Assembly: GCA_036513795.1 (NCBI GenBank)
Contig: DATBYJ010000121.1
Coordinates: 1,190-65,189 of the forward strand
Reading direction: 5' to 3'
DNA length: 64,000 nt
Source: Solirubrobacteraceae bacterium
GTDB lineage: Bacteria; Actinomycetota; Thermoleophilia; Solirubrobacterales; Solirubrobacteraceae
The notes beneath the pieces are model-generated. The model was not told where the DNA came from. It saw only the letters and a program-made list of their open reading frames with translations, and did not search any database. Shown here piece after piece: positions 1 to 9,259 of this stretch (the stretch's first letter is position 1; each line of letters opens with the position of its first letter). The position numbers were made by a program, and so were the translations under genes.

Positions 1-52
1 GCGTCTCGGATTCGCCGCCGGCCGCCGCGGCTCCGGGCCAAAAACAGGACCA

Positions 53-262
53 GTGAGATCCGAAGCACCGGACGAGAGCCTCGCTGAGCGCATGAGAGAC
101 TTCACCGGCGAGTGGATCGCGGTCAAGGACGACGAGATCCTCCACGCCTCTAGCACACCCCAAGCACTCGTCAAATGGCTGGGCAGCCACGGCCAGAAGG
201 CCGACAGCGTCTTTCGCGTACCCGAGGACGATCTCGCCGCAAGCGGCCTCGCGCCCCTGTGA
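53..262 (+). CDS. Small DUF5678-like protein (frame is open to the window start, so it may be 5'-truncated)
   Basis: FTGEWIAVKDDEILHAS resembles the DUF5678 G[EK]W[IV]A pattern; stop overlaps the next GTG (GTGA). Confidence 0.6.
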   Translation: MRSEAPDESLAERMRDFTGEWIAVKDDEILHASSTPQALVKWLGSHGQKADSVFRVPEDDLAASGLAPL

Positions 263-675
263 GATTCAACTTCCGCGAGATCCCAGACGCCGGACGAGCG
301 ACCGTCCGCGCACGACCAATCCTCGATCTCGTCGTCGAAGGCCTCGACATCGCCCCACAAGCCTGCCTCCTCGACACAGGCGCCACCGCAATCCGCCTCG
401 GCGCCCACGTCGCCGAACTCTGCGGAATCGACACCACCAAATCCCCCGAGACAACGATCGCTGTCGGAGGCGCACTCGTCACCGCCCGCATGGCCATTGT
501 GAGCCTGCAGGTCACCAGAGAGACCGACACGCACGAGTGGAGCGCACCAGTCTGGTTCTGCGACCCATGGACACCAGCCTTCGGACTCCTCGGGCTCACC
601 GGCTTCTTCGACCACTTCGAGGTCACCATCGCCGCCTACGAGGAGTGGTTCGAGCTCACGCCAGCAAGCGCTTGA
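259..675 (+). CDS. Retropepsin-like aspartyl protease
   Basis: LLDTGA catalytic motif and C-terminal GLLGLTGFFDHF; GTG at 259 is coupled to the upstream stop. Confidence 0.75.
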   Translation: MRFNFREIPDAGRATVRARPILDLVVEGLDIAPQACLLDTGATAIRLGAHVAELCGIDTTKSPETTIAVGGALVTARMAIVSLQVTRETDTHEWSAPVWFCDPWTPAFGLLGLTGFFDHFEVTIAAYEEWFELTPASA

Positions 676-848
676 CGAACAGCCCTCTGCCTCGGATCCA
701 GTCCAAGTCCAGGCTGGCCGTCCTGTCGGCTCAGGCTGAGACCCTATGGGTATGCCCCTCAATAGTACGACTTCAGGACTCTGGCTGGTAGCTACTATTG
801 CCGTCCTGCGGGCCGCTAAACGCACAATGCCGCTTGTGCGACACGCAG

Positions 849-1898
849 TCAACCGATCGCAGCCCAAGCCGCGAGCGCACCGTTGTAGCTCGTATAGAAG
901 CCGTACACGTCGTAGACACATGAACCCCACGCCCCGCCGGTTCGACCCAAGACTGGTGGCTGGGCCGGATCCGAGAGGTTGCGCACTGAGCCGTATAGGA
1001 TGCTCTCTTTCTGACACTCCGCCGCGATGATGGCGTCGTCCATCTCAACGCATGCGTACGAGTCGAGCTTGTTGTCCGTGGTCCCAACAAGGAATTCATT
1101 TGCTGTGAGCAGCGCAGTTCCGGCGCCAGTCAGGTCGTGAATCTGAGGTTTGATGTCCGCGTGGTTGAGCTGGAGCGGGTCGAGTTCGTCGAGCGAATCA
1201 TCGCTATTTGTGTGCTCATCGAATTGCTGCACGAGGTAGGTGAGCCCGTCGTTGGTGACCGGAATAGGCACTAGCAGGGCTTCGATGCTCGCCAGTCGTG
1301 AGGTCGAGGGATGCCATGTGCTGCTGTATTGCGGCCACTCGCTCGGCGCCTTCGACTGATCCCAAAGCGCAGCGGAGTTGACAATCACCACCGTGCCAAC
1401 GTGGTCGTGAGAGTTGGCACCGCCTGCGGTGCCCGTCGATAGAATGAGCGGCGTCTTCGTCTGTAGATTTATAAGGCGTCTAATCAGGGATGTGAGCGCA
1501 GCAGCGCCTTGGTAGGCGTAGTGAATATTCGACTTATAGAGTAGGACGCGTCTGTCTCCGACCTGAACCAGCCGATACTCCCCCCATTTTCGACCATCTG
1601 CGTCGTCCCGGATCCATCCTGGATAGCTTTCCGGAGCAGGGCTGCTATACGGCATTGATGCGGAGCTTTTACAAAAGATGTGATGAATTGGGGCCCACTC
1701 ACTGTCGGCCCACATAATCACGACGACGTCGGCGGCTACGCCGGTGATCGACTCCGGCGTATTGAGCAGCGTAGGGCCGACCAGGCCAATGCTCGGCCAG
1801 TCGATCGGAGCCAAGGGCGGCAGACCTGAAGGAGCCGTCGGTTTCCATTTTGCGACTTGTTGATCTGCCACTAGGCGAGCTGGCACCGTGCATGTCAT
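849..1898 (-). CDS. Nucleoside phosphorylase / MTA-nucleosidase-like protein
   Basis: LILSTGTAGG, VEMDDA and VRNLSD match the PNP_UDP_1-fold motifs (GxAGG, EME, RxxSD). Confidence 0.6.
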   Translation of the reverse strand: MTCTVPARLVADQQVAKWKPTAPSGLPPLAPIDWPSIGLVGPTLLNTPESITGVAADVVVIMWADSEWAPIHHIFCKSSASMPYSSPAPESYPGWIRDDADGRKWGEYRLVQVGDRRVLLYKSNIHYAYQGAAALTSLIRRLINLQTKTPLILSTGTAGGANSHDHVGTVVIVNSAALWDQSKAPSEWPQYSSTWHPSTSRLASIEALLVPIPVTNDGLTYLVQQFDEHTNSDDSLDELDPLQLNHADIKPQIHDLTGAGTALLTANEFLVGTTDNKLDSYACVEMDDAIIAAECQKESILYGSVRNLSDPAQPPVLGRTGGAWGSCVYDVYGFYTSYNGALAAWAAIG

Positions 1899-1949
1899 TC
1901 AGCCTCTCCTCTCGGCTTGGTTCAATGTTTCGCGCTTGCGTGCTCGAGC

Positions 1950-2156
1950 CTAGATCCGCCAGCCAACTTCCTTGTTGTCGGATGTGTAGGAAAGAAAGGT
2001 GTTCATCGCTGAATAGCCCGTGACAGTGCCGTCCTTTACGTGGACGTATACGCCGGTGTCGTCAGGCCCCTCGCGGACGAGATGACGCCCGTCGCCTTTC
2101 GCGACGTGGTCCTCAGTGGTGAGCGGCTCATCGTGTAGCTCGATTACGAATGACAT
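1950..2156 (-). CDS. Small hypothetical protein (68 aa)
   Basis: ATG at 2156 gives MSFVIELHDE...; protein-like composition; lies upstream of the nucleosidase on the same strand. Confidence 0.4.
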   Translation of the reverse strand: MSFVIELHDEPLTTEDHVAKGDGRHLVREGPDDTGVYVHVKDGTVTGYSAMNTFLSYTSDNKEVGWRI

Positions 2157-2555
2157 TTGTTCCCCAAAGTGTTTAGTAGACGAGATGGGTACCACCGCAA
2201 GCTGGCACGAAGCGCTATGTACCGAAACGCGCGCATAACCTAGCAGCTGGAATCGTTCTTGCTCGGCGTCGCGCGCCGGACCGACAACTAGTTCGTGCGT
2301 TTCGGCTGCACGCCGTCGAGCGACGCGGGACAAGCCGCTCGACCAAGCCCCGTCCGACGCATGGAACGAGAGGATGGGCGCTTCTTCAAGCGCGTGGATG
2401 CTGCCATAGCCGTCCTGGAATCCATAGCCGGACGAAAGGTAACGGAGGAAAGGGGGGCGGATACGCGGAATGCCGCTTGCGCGCCATGACCTGGCAGGTT
2501 TTACGTCACGATGACCGTAAGAAACGGTCACTTGTAACCATGACGTAACGAGGCG

Positions 2556-3919
2556 GTGATGGCGAAGATTGCCCGTGATATTCTCATCTTGATGAGCCGA
2601 AATGGCCGGACCCGACGAATTCCACTGTCGCTGGCGACGATGTTCGTAGTCGTGGCGCTGTTTGCTATCCCGACTGCGGCAAGCGCCTTCCCGACGTACC
2701 ACGTCGCAGGCACGGAAGGGCACGGCCTTCACGAACGTACGGGGCCAGGCTACGACAACTACCCGGAAGTCGGCTCGCTCTTGGCCGAAAACGCGTCGGT
2801 CGAAATCGTCTGTCAGACGTGGGGTGAGCTTGTGACCCCGACACACGGAAGCCCGTCGCGCATTTGGGACAAACTGCCCAACGGGCATTACGTCAGTGAC
2901 GATTACATTAGTACGCCGGACGTCAATGAATTTACGCCAGGGATCGGCGTCTGCCCGCCGACGGCCGCGATCTTCTCTCCCGGAACGGGACAAACCGATT
3001 TTGAAGGGGAGCATGTCCCAACCAGCTTTGAATGCCAGCAGGCCAAAGACGCTGGCATCGCCTCGTGCCCTGACTCCAACGGTGGGTCCGGCTCGGCAGG
3101 CACGCTCGACACCTCCAGCATTGGCGCCCACAACTACCAAGTCAAAGCCGTCGGAGGTGACGGAGCCACCGCCACTGCTGAAATCAGCTACGTGGTAGCC
3201 GCGCTGCCGAGTGCGACGATCAGCCAACCTGCCACGGACGAACCTATGCGCAGGGCGCCATTGTCGCCACGACCTTCGCCTGCGCTGACGGGGAATACGG
3301 ACCCGGACTTGAATCGTGCACGGACTCCAACGGTGCTTCTGGCGGATCGGGCACGCTAGACACCTCCACCACGGGACCGCACTCCTACACCATTACCGCC
3401 AAGAGCAAAGACGGCGGCGCGGCAACGAAGGAAATCGCCTACACCGTCGTCGCCGTCAAGACCGCTTGCAGCCATAACGCAGGCAAAGCCGCCTACAGCC
3501 CCGGCCTGACCGATACGCCCGCTGTGCAGACGGTCAGACTCAAAGGCAGCCTATCGGGCTGCTCAGGGGATGGCTACATTTCTGCTAGGTACACCACCGT
3601 CCTGCGGACGAGCGGGCCGATCACCTGTAGCACCATGACGAGCAACCCAGGCGAACCGGCTAGCGGGACGCTCAACGTCAAATGGCGGCCGAAAGGCAAA
3701 GCAAGCAACTCAACTGGAACGATCAACGTTGATGTCACGGGTGTCCCCAATGCGGCGATCGGCGGGACATTGTCCACCGGGCCGTTCTCGCCAGCGACCC
3801 TCAGCGGAAACATGTCGGAGTCGTTCGCCGGAGCTGATACCTGTGGCGTCGCGAAGAAAGACAAAGTCAAGCCAGTCAAGAAAGCCACGTTCACCGGCTC
3901 ATCCGTGACGCTCTACTGA
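2556..3919 (+). pseudogene. Frameshifted secreted protein: signal peptide, SH3-like domain, two Cys-containing Ig-like repeats, C-terminal beta domain
   Basis: Repeat 1 (SCPDSNGGSGSAGTLDTSSIGAHNYQVKA) is in the 2556 frame. Repeat 2 ([29 protein letters not shown]) is in the frame that runs into ORF 3524..3919. Shift near 3235-3243. Confidence 0.75.
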
Positions 3920-4401
3920 GACGGGCATCTCGCCCGAGTACACATCTCCCCCTCCCGGCCGATTGACTGACCCATCCGCTCTGACGCAGACTGGCTAGGG
4001 TCGCACGAGTTGGTAGCAGCCGTACGAGGCTCGCTCACGCGCTCTAGCGCTCCCCTTACCCCCATCAACTCTAGTCCGACGACAGCTCCCTGCTCGTCAT
4101 ATTCGACGGTGTGCCCCTCTGGCGTATCAAGCGCTCGCGCCGTCACGATCCACGCGTCACCGTCATCGAATTGTACGACGACTCGCAGCCACCGACCATG
4201 CTCGATGTGCTGGCGGTAGAAACGCTCGCGACCAGGAACCCGGTCCACGGCCCGATGATCGGGCCTCGCTACCGCGTTCATGATGACGTCCAGGTGATCA
4301 AGCAGCCACGGGCGGCGGCGCGCCAGAGGAGCCGGTCGCTGAGCGCCCGCGGCTGGCGGGGTGACCTGCAGCTCATACGGGCTGCCAGCGGCGCCGGTTA
4401 C
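3913..4401 (-). pseudogene. Chimeric toxin-antitoxin remnant (RelE N-terminus + second toxin-like fragment + DUF2283-like C-terminus)
   Basis: One open frame from a GTA codon at 4401: PYELQVTPPAA ... GRWLRVVVQFDDGDAWIVTA ... EGHTVEYDEQGAVVGLELMG. Confidence 0.55.
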
Positions 4402-4664
4402 TTGCGCAGGGCACGCACGGCATCCACGCCGCTAATCACGTCGCCACGCGCGTGCGCGTCTCTGCCCTCGCGGATCTCTGCCATAGCGTCGGGGTCGCTG
4501 AGGACTTCCAGGCGCTCCTCGAGCTCCGCAAGATCATCGGGGCTGATGATTACCGCGGCGGGCTTGCCATTGCGGGTCACCATCACACGCTCGTGCTGGC
4601 TTTCAACGCGGTCCACCACATCGGAGAAGTGATCGCGCACGGTGCGCAACGCCTCAGTCGTCAT
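4398..4664 (-). CDS. Phd/YefM family antitoxin
   Basis: RDHFSDVVDRVESQHERVMVTRNGKPAAVIIS is the classic Phd signature; 88 aa. Confidence 0.9.
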   Translation of the reverse strand: MTTEALRTVRDHFSDVVDRVESQHERVMVTRNGKPAAVIISPDDLAELEERLEVLSDPDAMAEIREGRDAHARGDVISGVDAVRALRK

Positions 4665-4666
4665 AG

Positions 4667-4678
4667 CCACAATTGTGG
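4667..4678. promoter_or_regulatory. Palindromic putative TA operator CCACAATTGTGG
   Basis: Perfect 12-bp palindrome immediately before the antitoxin ATG; a TTGACG -35-like hexamer lies upstream on the - strand. Confidence 0.55.
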
Positions 4679-4713
4679 TGGCGCTTTTCGATCCAGCCGT
4701 CAAGCGGTGCAAC

Positions 4714-5586
4714 TCAAGCGTGTACAACAACTCCCCGAGTGATCGACACCGCCGTGCCGTGCAGGGGCGTGAGCGTGACCTTCACCGTCAACGCCAGGCG
4801 TCGGTGGCGGCGCAGCGCGGCCTTCCCCTTGGCATTCAGAGGCACCGAGAAGGACACGCCACCGCTCTCGAGCGACGGACGCGCCAGTCGCCCGACGCGC
4901 ACCTTCACAGGGTGCCCGGTCTTCGCCAACGAGGCGCTGGCGGCAAACAGGCTCACTTCCAGCCGTCCGCCGGAATCGGCTTGAGGTACCTTGATCGACC
5001 CGTGCACGCTCGCTCCGTGTTGGCTGCCGGCGAGCTTGAGCGCGCTCGATCTCCCTTCCAAGGACGAGCCGTAGCTTGGTTCGCTCGGCGTCGTCGTGGT
5101 AGTTGTCGTTGTGGTCGTGGGTGTGGTGGTCGTAGTCGTAACGGGGGTTGTGCCCGTACTTGCGCTTTCGACCACGACTTCGTATTTGGTGTAGTTCAAC
5201 GACCCAGCGTTGAAGAGCGTTGGGCTTTCGAACTTGTAGGTCCCTGGCTGTTCAAACTTACATGTGCCTTCCCATTTCGTCATCGCGCTCGCGGGCAGAC
5301 CGGAGCAGACCGGCGCAGAGCCCGTCCCCATCCACGAGACGGTCGCCGCGGTATTCGCGTTATCGGTGAACTTAATTTGGCCACCGGCAGCGATCGTGAC
5401 TTTGAACGCCGGTTCCGGGTTCGGCCCCGAGCCGGGGAGAGCCCAGCACGGCCAGTTGGCCTGAACACAATTTTCGTTGACTTCGAGCTTGACTTCGGCG
5501 GGGGCGGCAGCGACAGCAGGCAGCACAGCCACCGTCGCCCCAGCCAGCGCAGCGAGCACGAAGGGCAAAAGCGCACGCGGTCTCAT
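4714..5586 (-). CDS. Secreted cupredoxin-like protein (paralog 2), Thr linker, basic C-terminal domain
   Basis: Signal peptide; FEQPGTYKFES strand typical of cupredoxins but without Cys/His/Met ligands; near-identical N-domain to 5583..6566. Confidence 0.75.
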   Translation of the reverse strand: MRPRALLPFVLAALAGATVAVLPAVAAAPAEVKLEVNENCVQANWPCWALPGSGPNPEPAFKVTIAAGGQIKFTDNANTAATVSWMGTGSAPVCSGLPASAMTKWEGTCKFEQPGTYKFESPTLFNAGSLNYTKYEVVVESASTGTTPVTTTTTTPTTTTTTTTTTPSEPSYGSSLEGRSSALKLAGSQHGASVHGSIKVPQADSGGRLEVSLFAASASLAKTGHPVKVRVGRLARPSLESGGVSFSVPLNAKGKAALRRHRRLALTVKVTLTPLHGTAVSITRGVVVHA

Positions 5587-6566
5587 GGTCGCAGGGCGAG
5601 GCTTCGTGTGATGGTCAGCGCAGCGCCGTGCTTGGGCGTGAGCACGATCTTCACGGTCAGTGCCAATTTGTGTTTATGGCGCAGCACACTCTTGGCCGCC
5701 GCATCAAGCGCGACCGTGAAGGAGACCTTGCCGGCGGGTGCTGAGGAGCGGACGAGTCGCCCGACGCGCGTGCTGCTAGGTCGTTTGACGCTCGCTAGCG
5801 AGGCGCCCCGAGTAAGTACCTCGACTTCCAGGCGTGCGCCACCGTCAGCAGCGGGGATCTGGACCGTGCCGTGCACAGCGTCACCGTGCTGAGCGTTCGC
5901 TATCGCGACTGTAGCGAGGGAATGGCTCCCAACCGGCGGCGGAGGCGTTTCCGTCGAGCCGGGGGTCATGGCCGTGTAAGTCCCGCCGCCCGAGGGCTGC
6001 GTGGATGTCGTGGCCACCGGGGTTGTAATCGTGGGTGTGGTTGTAGTCGGCGTAGTCGTCGTCGGCGTAGTCGTCGTCGGCGTTGTAGTGGTGGGTGTCG
6101 TGGTCGTGGTTGTGGTCCCTGTGGTGGAGGTTGTGCCGGTAATGGTGTTTCCAACCACGATTTCGTATTTGGTGTAGTCGAGGCCGAGCCCTTTGAACAT
6201 GGTTGCGCTTTCGAACATGTAAGTCCCTTCTTGTTCGAATTTGCATGTGCCTTCCCATGCGGTCGTGGCACTCGCGGGCAGGCCGGAGCACATCGGTGCA
6301 GAGCCTTTCCACGTGACGGCCGCCGCGGTGCTCGCTTTGTCAGCGAACTTGATTTCGCCACCGGGAGCGATCGTGACTTTGCTCGCGGGTTCTGGGTTCG
6401 GCCCCGAGCCGGGAACGGCCCAACATGGCCAGTTGGGCTCAACACAGTTCTCGTTGACTTCAAGCTTCACTTCCGACGGGGAGGCCGCGAACGCTGGCAC
6501 GATCACGACGGCAGCCCCGAGCATGGCTGCTACGGGTAGATAACGCTTGCGCAGCTTCACAATCAC
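5583..6566 (-). CDS. Secreted cupredoxin-like protein (paralog 1), Thr/Pro linker
   Basis: Signal peptide ending AFA; EVKLEVNENCVEPNWPCW shared with paralog 2; ATGA coupling to the next gene. Confidence 0.75.
   Translation of the reverse strand: MIVKLRKRYLPVAAMLGAAVVIVPAFAASPSEVKLEVNENCVEPNWPCWAVPGSGPNPEPASKVTIAPGGEIKFADKASTAAAVTWKGSAPMCSGLPASATTAWEGTCKFEQEGTYMFESATMFKGLGLDYTKYEIVVGNTITGTTSTTGTTTTTTTPTTTTPTTTTPTTTTPTTTTPTITTPVATTSTQPSGGGTYTAMTPGSTETPPPPVGSHSLATVAIANAQHGDAVHGTVQIPAADGGARLEVEVLTRGASLASVKRPSSTRVGRLVRSSAPAGKVSFTVALDAAAKSVLRHKHKLALTVKIVLTPKHGAALTITRSLALRP
6040..6130. repeat. Low-complexity tandem repeat encoding (PTTTT)n linker
   Basis: Repeated gtcggcgtagtcgtc-like 15-mers. Confidence 0.7.
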
Positions 6567-6641
6567 AGACCCCTCTCGATCGATTCCCAGTCAATCCGGT
6601 GTGTTGGTCCAGAGGGGGCTGATGCACCCTCTGGACCTCAG

Positions 6642-6670
6642 GACTCCGACATGGCGCGATCCTTCCCGGC
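6642..6670 (-). promoter_or_regulatory. Putative ECF-type promoter, copy 1
   Basis: - strand GCCGGGAAGGA-N12-GGAGTC upstream of 5583..6566; second copy at 8271-8300. Confidence 0.5.
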
Positions 6671-6675
6671 GCCAG

Positions 6676-8223
6676 CTACTTGACCGTGAGGGTGCCTTCC
6701 ATCCCAGCCGCGCGATGTCCCGGCACCGAACAGAAGAACTTGTAGGTCCCTGGCTTCAGGTCCAAGCTCAGGGTCTTTGAACCGCCCTGGAAGGTCGGTG
6801 TCGCTCCCACCACTTCACCGGAAGCGGATTCGACCGTGACGTTGTGGCCCATCGGTGCCATGTTGGTGAAGTCGATCGAGACTTTGCCGGCCTTTGCGCT
6901 CAGCGCGGTCGTGTTGTATTTGAGCTGACCTTCGGCGTTTGCTTCGAGACTCAGGTGTTCTGGCGCGCTCGACGTTCCAGATGAGGTTTGCGCGTTCGTG
7001 GAGGTCCGGGGCGCCGCGGACGCGGTGCTGCCGGACGCTGGCTGGCCTGCGTGCAGGAAGTTGAGCGAGTTTTCACCGTCGTCCACGAAGTAGATGCCCT
7101 TGCCTTCTGGGGCGATGACCAATCCGAACAGTGACCCCGCTCCGGTCTTCTTGTCAGCGCTCTGCACAGCTACCTGCTGGCCTTCGGGCGTGGTTTCCAC
7201 CATGTTGCCGTCGCCGCCGTTGGTGGTGATGATGTTGCCGTTTGGCGCAAGCGCCATCCCGAGCGGTTCCTTGAGATGACCGCCTTCGGTGAGGACGGTT
7301 CCGCCAGCCGCCACAGGCGTCGTGCGGGTCGCTGCTTCAGAGATCGCGAGGATCTTGTTGTTCTGCGTGGAGGCCACGTACAGCGTGCCATTGGGGGCAA
7401 GCGCAAGCCCGGTCGGCCCAAGCACAAGCGCTTCTTCCGAATCCACCCACGGGATTCCTTCGGCGATTATCTGTTCGCTGAGGACCTTCGGTGACTGCCC
7501 TTCGCCCGATTCGAGGTCGATGCGAAGCACTGTCGAGTTGTCGATCGGTTTTTCACCCTTCACCGGGCCACCATTGAGCACGTTGCTGACATACAGGCTG
7601 GTCTTCGAGCCTTCGCTCACAGCAGTCGAGTCCCACGGTCCCTGGATGTTCTTGCTCGCGATCGTCTCGATCGCCTTGCCTTCGCTGTCGAGCACGATCA
7701 GGCAGCCGTACTTGGCGGTCGCAGACTTGCCGTTGGTGGTCGGCAGGCTGCCCACCACCACGTAGCCGCCGGGGAGGATGTTTAGAGCAGTCGTCAAGCC
7801 GACGCCGCCGGGGCACGGACCAGGCAGGGTTTTCGGGTTGATGCTCGCGAACAGGCTCGCCTTGCCTGCAGGTGAAACCTGCACGATCGTCGTGCCCGTG
7901 CCCTGACCGGTCTGCTTGGCGCTTTCCTTGGCGTTGAAGTTGCTGATCAGCATCTGACTTGCCTTTAGCTTGCCGATGCTGCTCGGCACAATCACGATCC
8001 CGTAGGGGTTCACATCGCCATTGGCCGGTTCGGTTGAGCCGAGTTTGCTGACGCTCGTGAACTTGGTCAGGAACGGGCCAGAACTCGGTGTCGATTCAGT
8101 CGGCGTGCTGGCGCTCGCCGCTGAGCTGAAGCTGGACGAGCTGCTTGTGCTGCTGCTCGAGCTGCCGCAGCCCGCGAAAACGAGCGCGACACCAGCTAGA
8201 GCAAGAATCGACAGTCTGGACAC
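6676..8223 (-). CDS. Lipoprotein: NHL-like beta-propeller plus C-terminal type 1 copper (plastocyanin/azurin) domain
   Basis: AGGAGA RBS before GTG 8223; lipobox VFAGC; PTGLALAPNGTLYVA repeats; HNVTV...FFCSVPGHRAAGM intact Cu ligands. Confidence 0.85.
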   Translation of the reverse strand: MSRLSILALAGVALVFAGCGSSSSSTSSSSSFSSAASASTPTESTPSSGPFLTKFTSVSKLGSTEPANGDVNPYGIVIVPSSIGKLKASQMLISNFNAKESAKQTGQGTGTTIVQVSPAGKASLFASINPKTLPGPCPGGVGLTTALNILPGGYVVVGSLPTTNGKSATAKYGCLIVLDSEGKAIETIASKNIQGPWDSTAVSEGSKTSLYVSNVLNGGPVKGEKPIDNSTVLRIDLESGEGQSPKVLSEQIIAEGIPWVDSEEALVLGPTGLALAPNGTLYVASTQNNKILAISEAATRTTPVAAGGTVLTEGGHLKEPLGMALAPNGNIITTNGGDGNMVETTPEGQQVAVQSADKKTGAGSLFGLVIAPEGKGIYFVDDGENSLNFLHAGQPASGSTASAAPRTSTNAQTSSGTSSAPEHLSLEANAEGQLKYNTTALSAKAGKVSIDFTNMAPMGHNVTVESASGEVVGATPTFQGGSKTLSLDLKPGTYKFFCSVPGHRAAGMEGTLTVK

Positions 8224-8270
8224 TAGGTGTCTCCTGTGGTTGGGGAATCGGATGAGACGGCTTCCCGTAT

Positions 8271-8300
8271 GACTCCCCCCTCGCCGGATTCCTTCCCGGC
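8271..8300 (-). promoter_or_regulatory. Putative ECF-type promoter, copy 2
   Basis: - strand GCCGGGAAGGA-N13-GGAGTC upstream of the lipoprotein gene. Confidence 0.5.
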
Positions 8301-8314
8301 TAGGTCCCAGGCCG

Positions 8315-9223
8315 CTAGGTTTCACCCTCCGGGGCGTACGCGCAAAGAGCGCCTAGCGATGGCACGAAGTAGTACGCGCCGGTGACGGGCGTTGTGTACC
8401 GCGTGAGCTCGTCACGCGTGCCGCCAAGCCCCGCCATGCTTTCGAGCATCCGCTGTAGCGGCTGCTGCTGTGCGGCGAATCCAACGAACATCGTGCCGTG
8501 GTCGGTGACCGTTCCATAGGGCATGTTCCGACGGAAGATCTTCCCGAACTCGTCTTGGTCGGTGCGCGCCACGTGAGAGCCTTCCGGCTTGTGATCGAGC
8601 TCGATCGAGTCGGGCTTGGTGCGACCGATGACGGCCTCTTGGCGCACAGTGCCAAGCGATTCCCAGGCTGCTGCGTCGTGCGCCCAACGCTGCAGCAGCA
8701 GAATCGAGCCGCCCGCACCAGCAGCACCTGGAGGAACAAGCGCTATCTCGGGTGCCTCCGCGAGGCTGGGGTTCTCGCTTCCGTCGATGAAGCCGGTCAG
8801 GTCACGATCGTGCTGGTAGGGCCAACCGGAGACCTCGGTCGCGACTACAGCGATCGCTGCAAGGATGGAGATCGTCGCTCGTGCCACGTCAAAGACGACG
8901 TCGTACTCGCCGCCCGTCAGCCAGAGGAATGCGTCGTGCTGGGTCGCTGGCATCGTGAAGCCTTCGATGCCAACTATCGGCTCGGTGAAGCCTGAGAGCT
9001 CCTGCGGCGCGCCAGCTCCGAGACCATCTCTCCACAGCTCCGGGCGGAAGCCGGCGACCAGGTTCACACCGCCCATCGTCGTGCGGGGCTCGCGCAGGCC
9101 GGCTAGCGCTGAGACGAGGGCGTGGGGCTCGACGCCAGCGAGGAGGTCGAACTCGAGGAAGGCGTGGGACGTTGTCCCCAGCGCGAACACCCCGGCTTGA
9201 GGCGTGTCTGGATTCGGCGGCAC
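8315..9223 (-). CDS. Dyp-type peroxidase (YfeX-like, no Tat signal seen)
   Basis: RDLTGFIDGSENP (GxxDG), SHVAR proximal His, IFRRNMPYG, TGAYYFVP; start approximate. Confidence 0.9.
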   Translation of the reverse strand: MPPNPDTPQAGVFALGTTSHAFLEFDLLAGVEPHALVSALAGLREPRTTMGGVNLVAGFRPELWRDGLGAGAPQELSGFTEPIVGIEGFTMPATQHDAFLWLTGGEYDVVFDVARATISILAAIAVVATEVSGWPYQHDRDLTGFIDGSENPSLAEAPEIALVPPGAAGAGGSILLLQRWAHDAAAWESLGTVRQEAVIGRTKPDSIELDHKPEGSHVARTDQDEFGKIFRRNMPYGTVTDHGTMFVGFAAQQQPLQRMLESMAGLGGTRDELTRYTTPVTGAYYFVPSLGALCAYAPEGET

Positions 9224-9259
9224 GGTAGCGCAGAGACTGTATCGCCAAGATAATGCGGT

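Noticed and set aside
1950-3227. 425 aa - strand ORF
   Set aside because: Mostly antisense to the secreted protein gene; only the last 68 codons look like a real gene
6040-6130. Tandem repeats as a possible CRISPR array
   Set aside because: Coding Thr/Pro linker; no unique spacers and no cas genes in the window
6676-9223. EfeUOB iron uptake or encapsulin-Dyp system
   Set aside because: No Ftr1 permease, no Tat signal on the Dyp and no encapsulin gene
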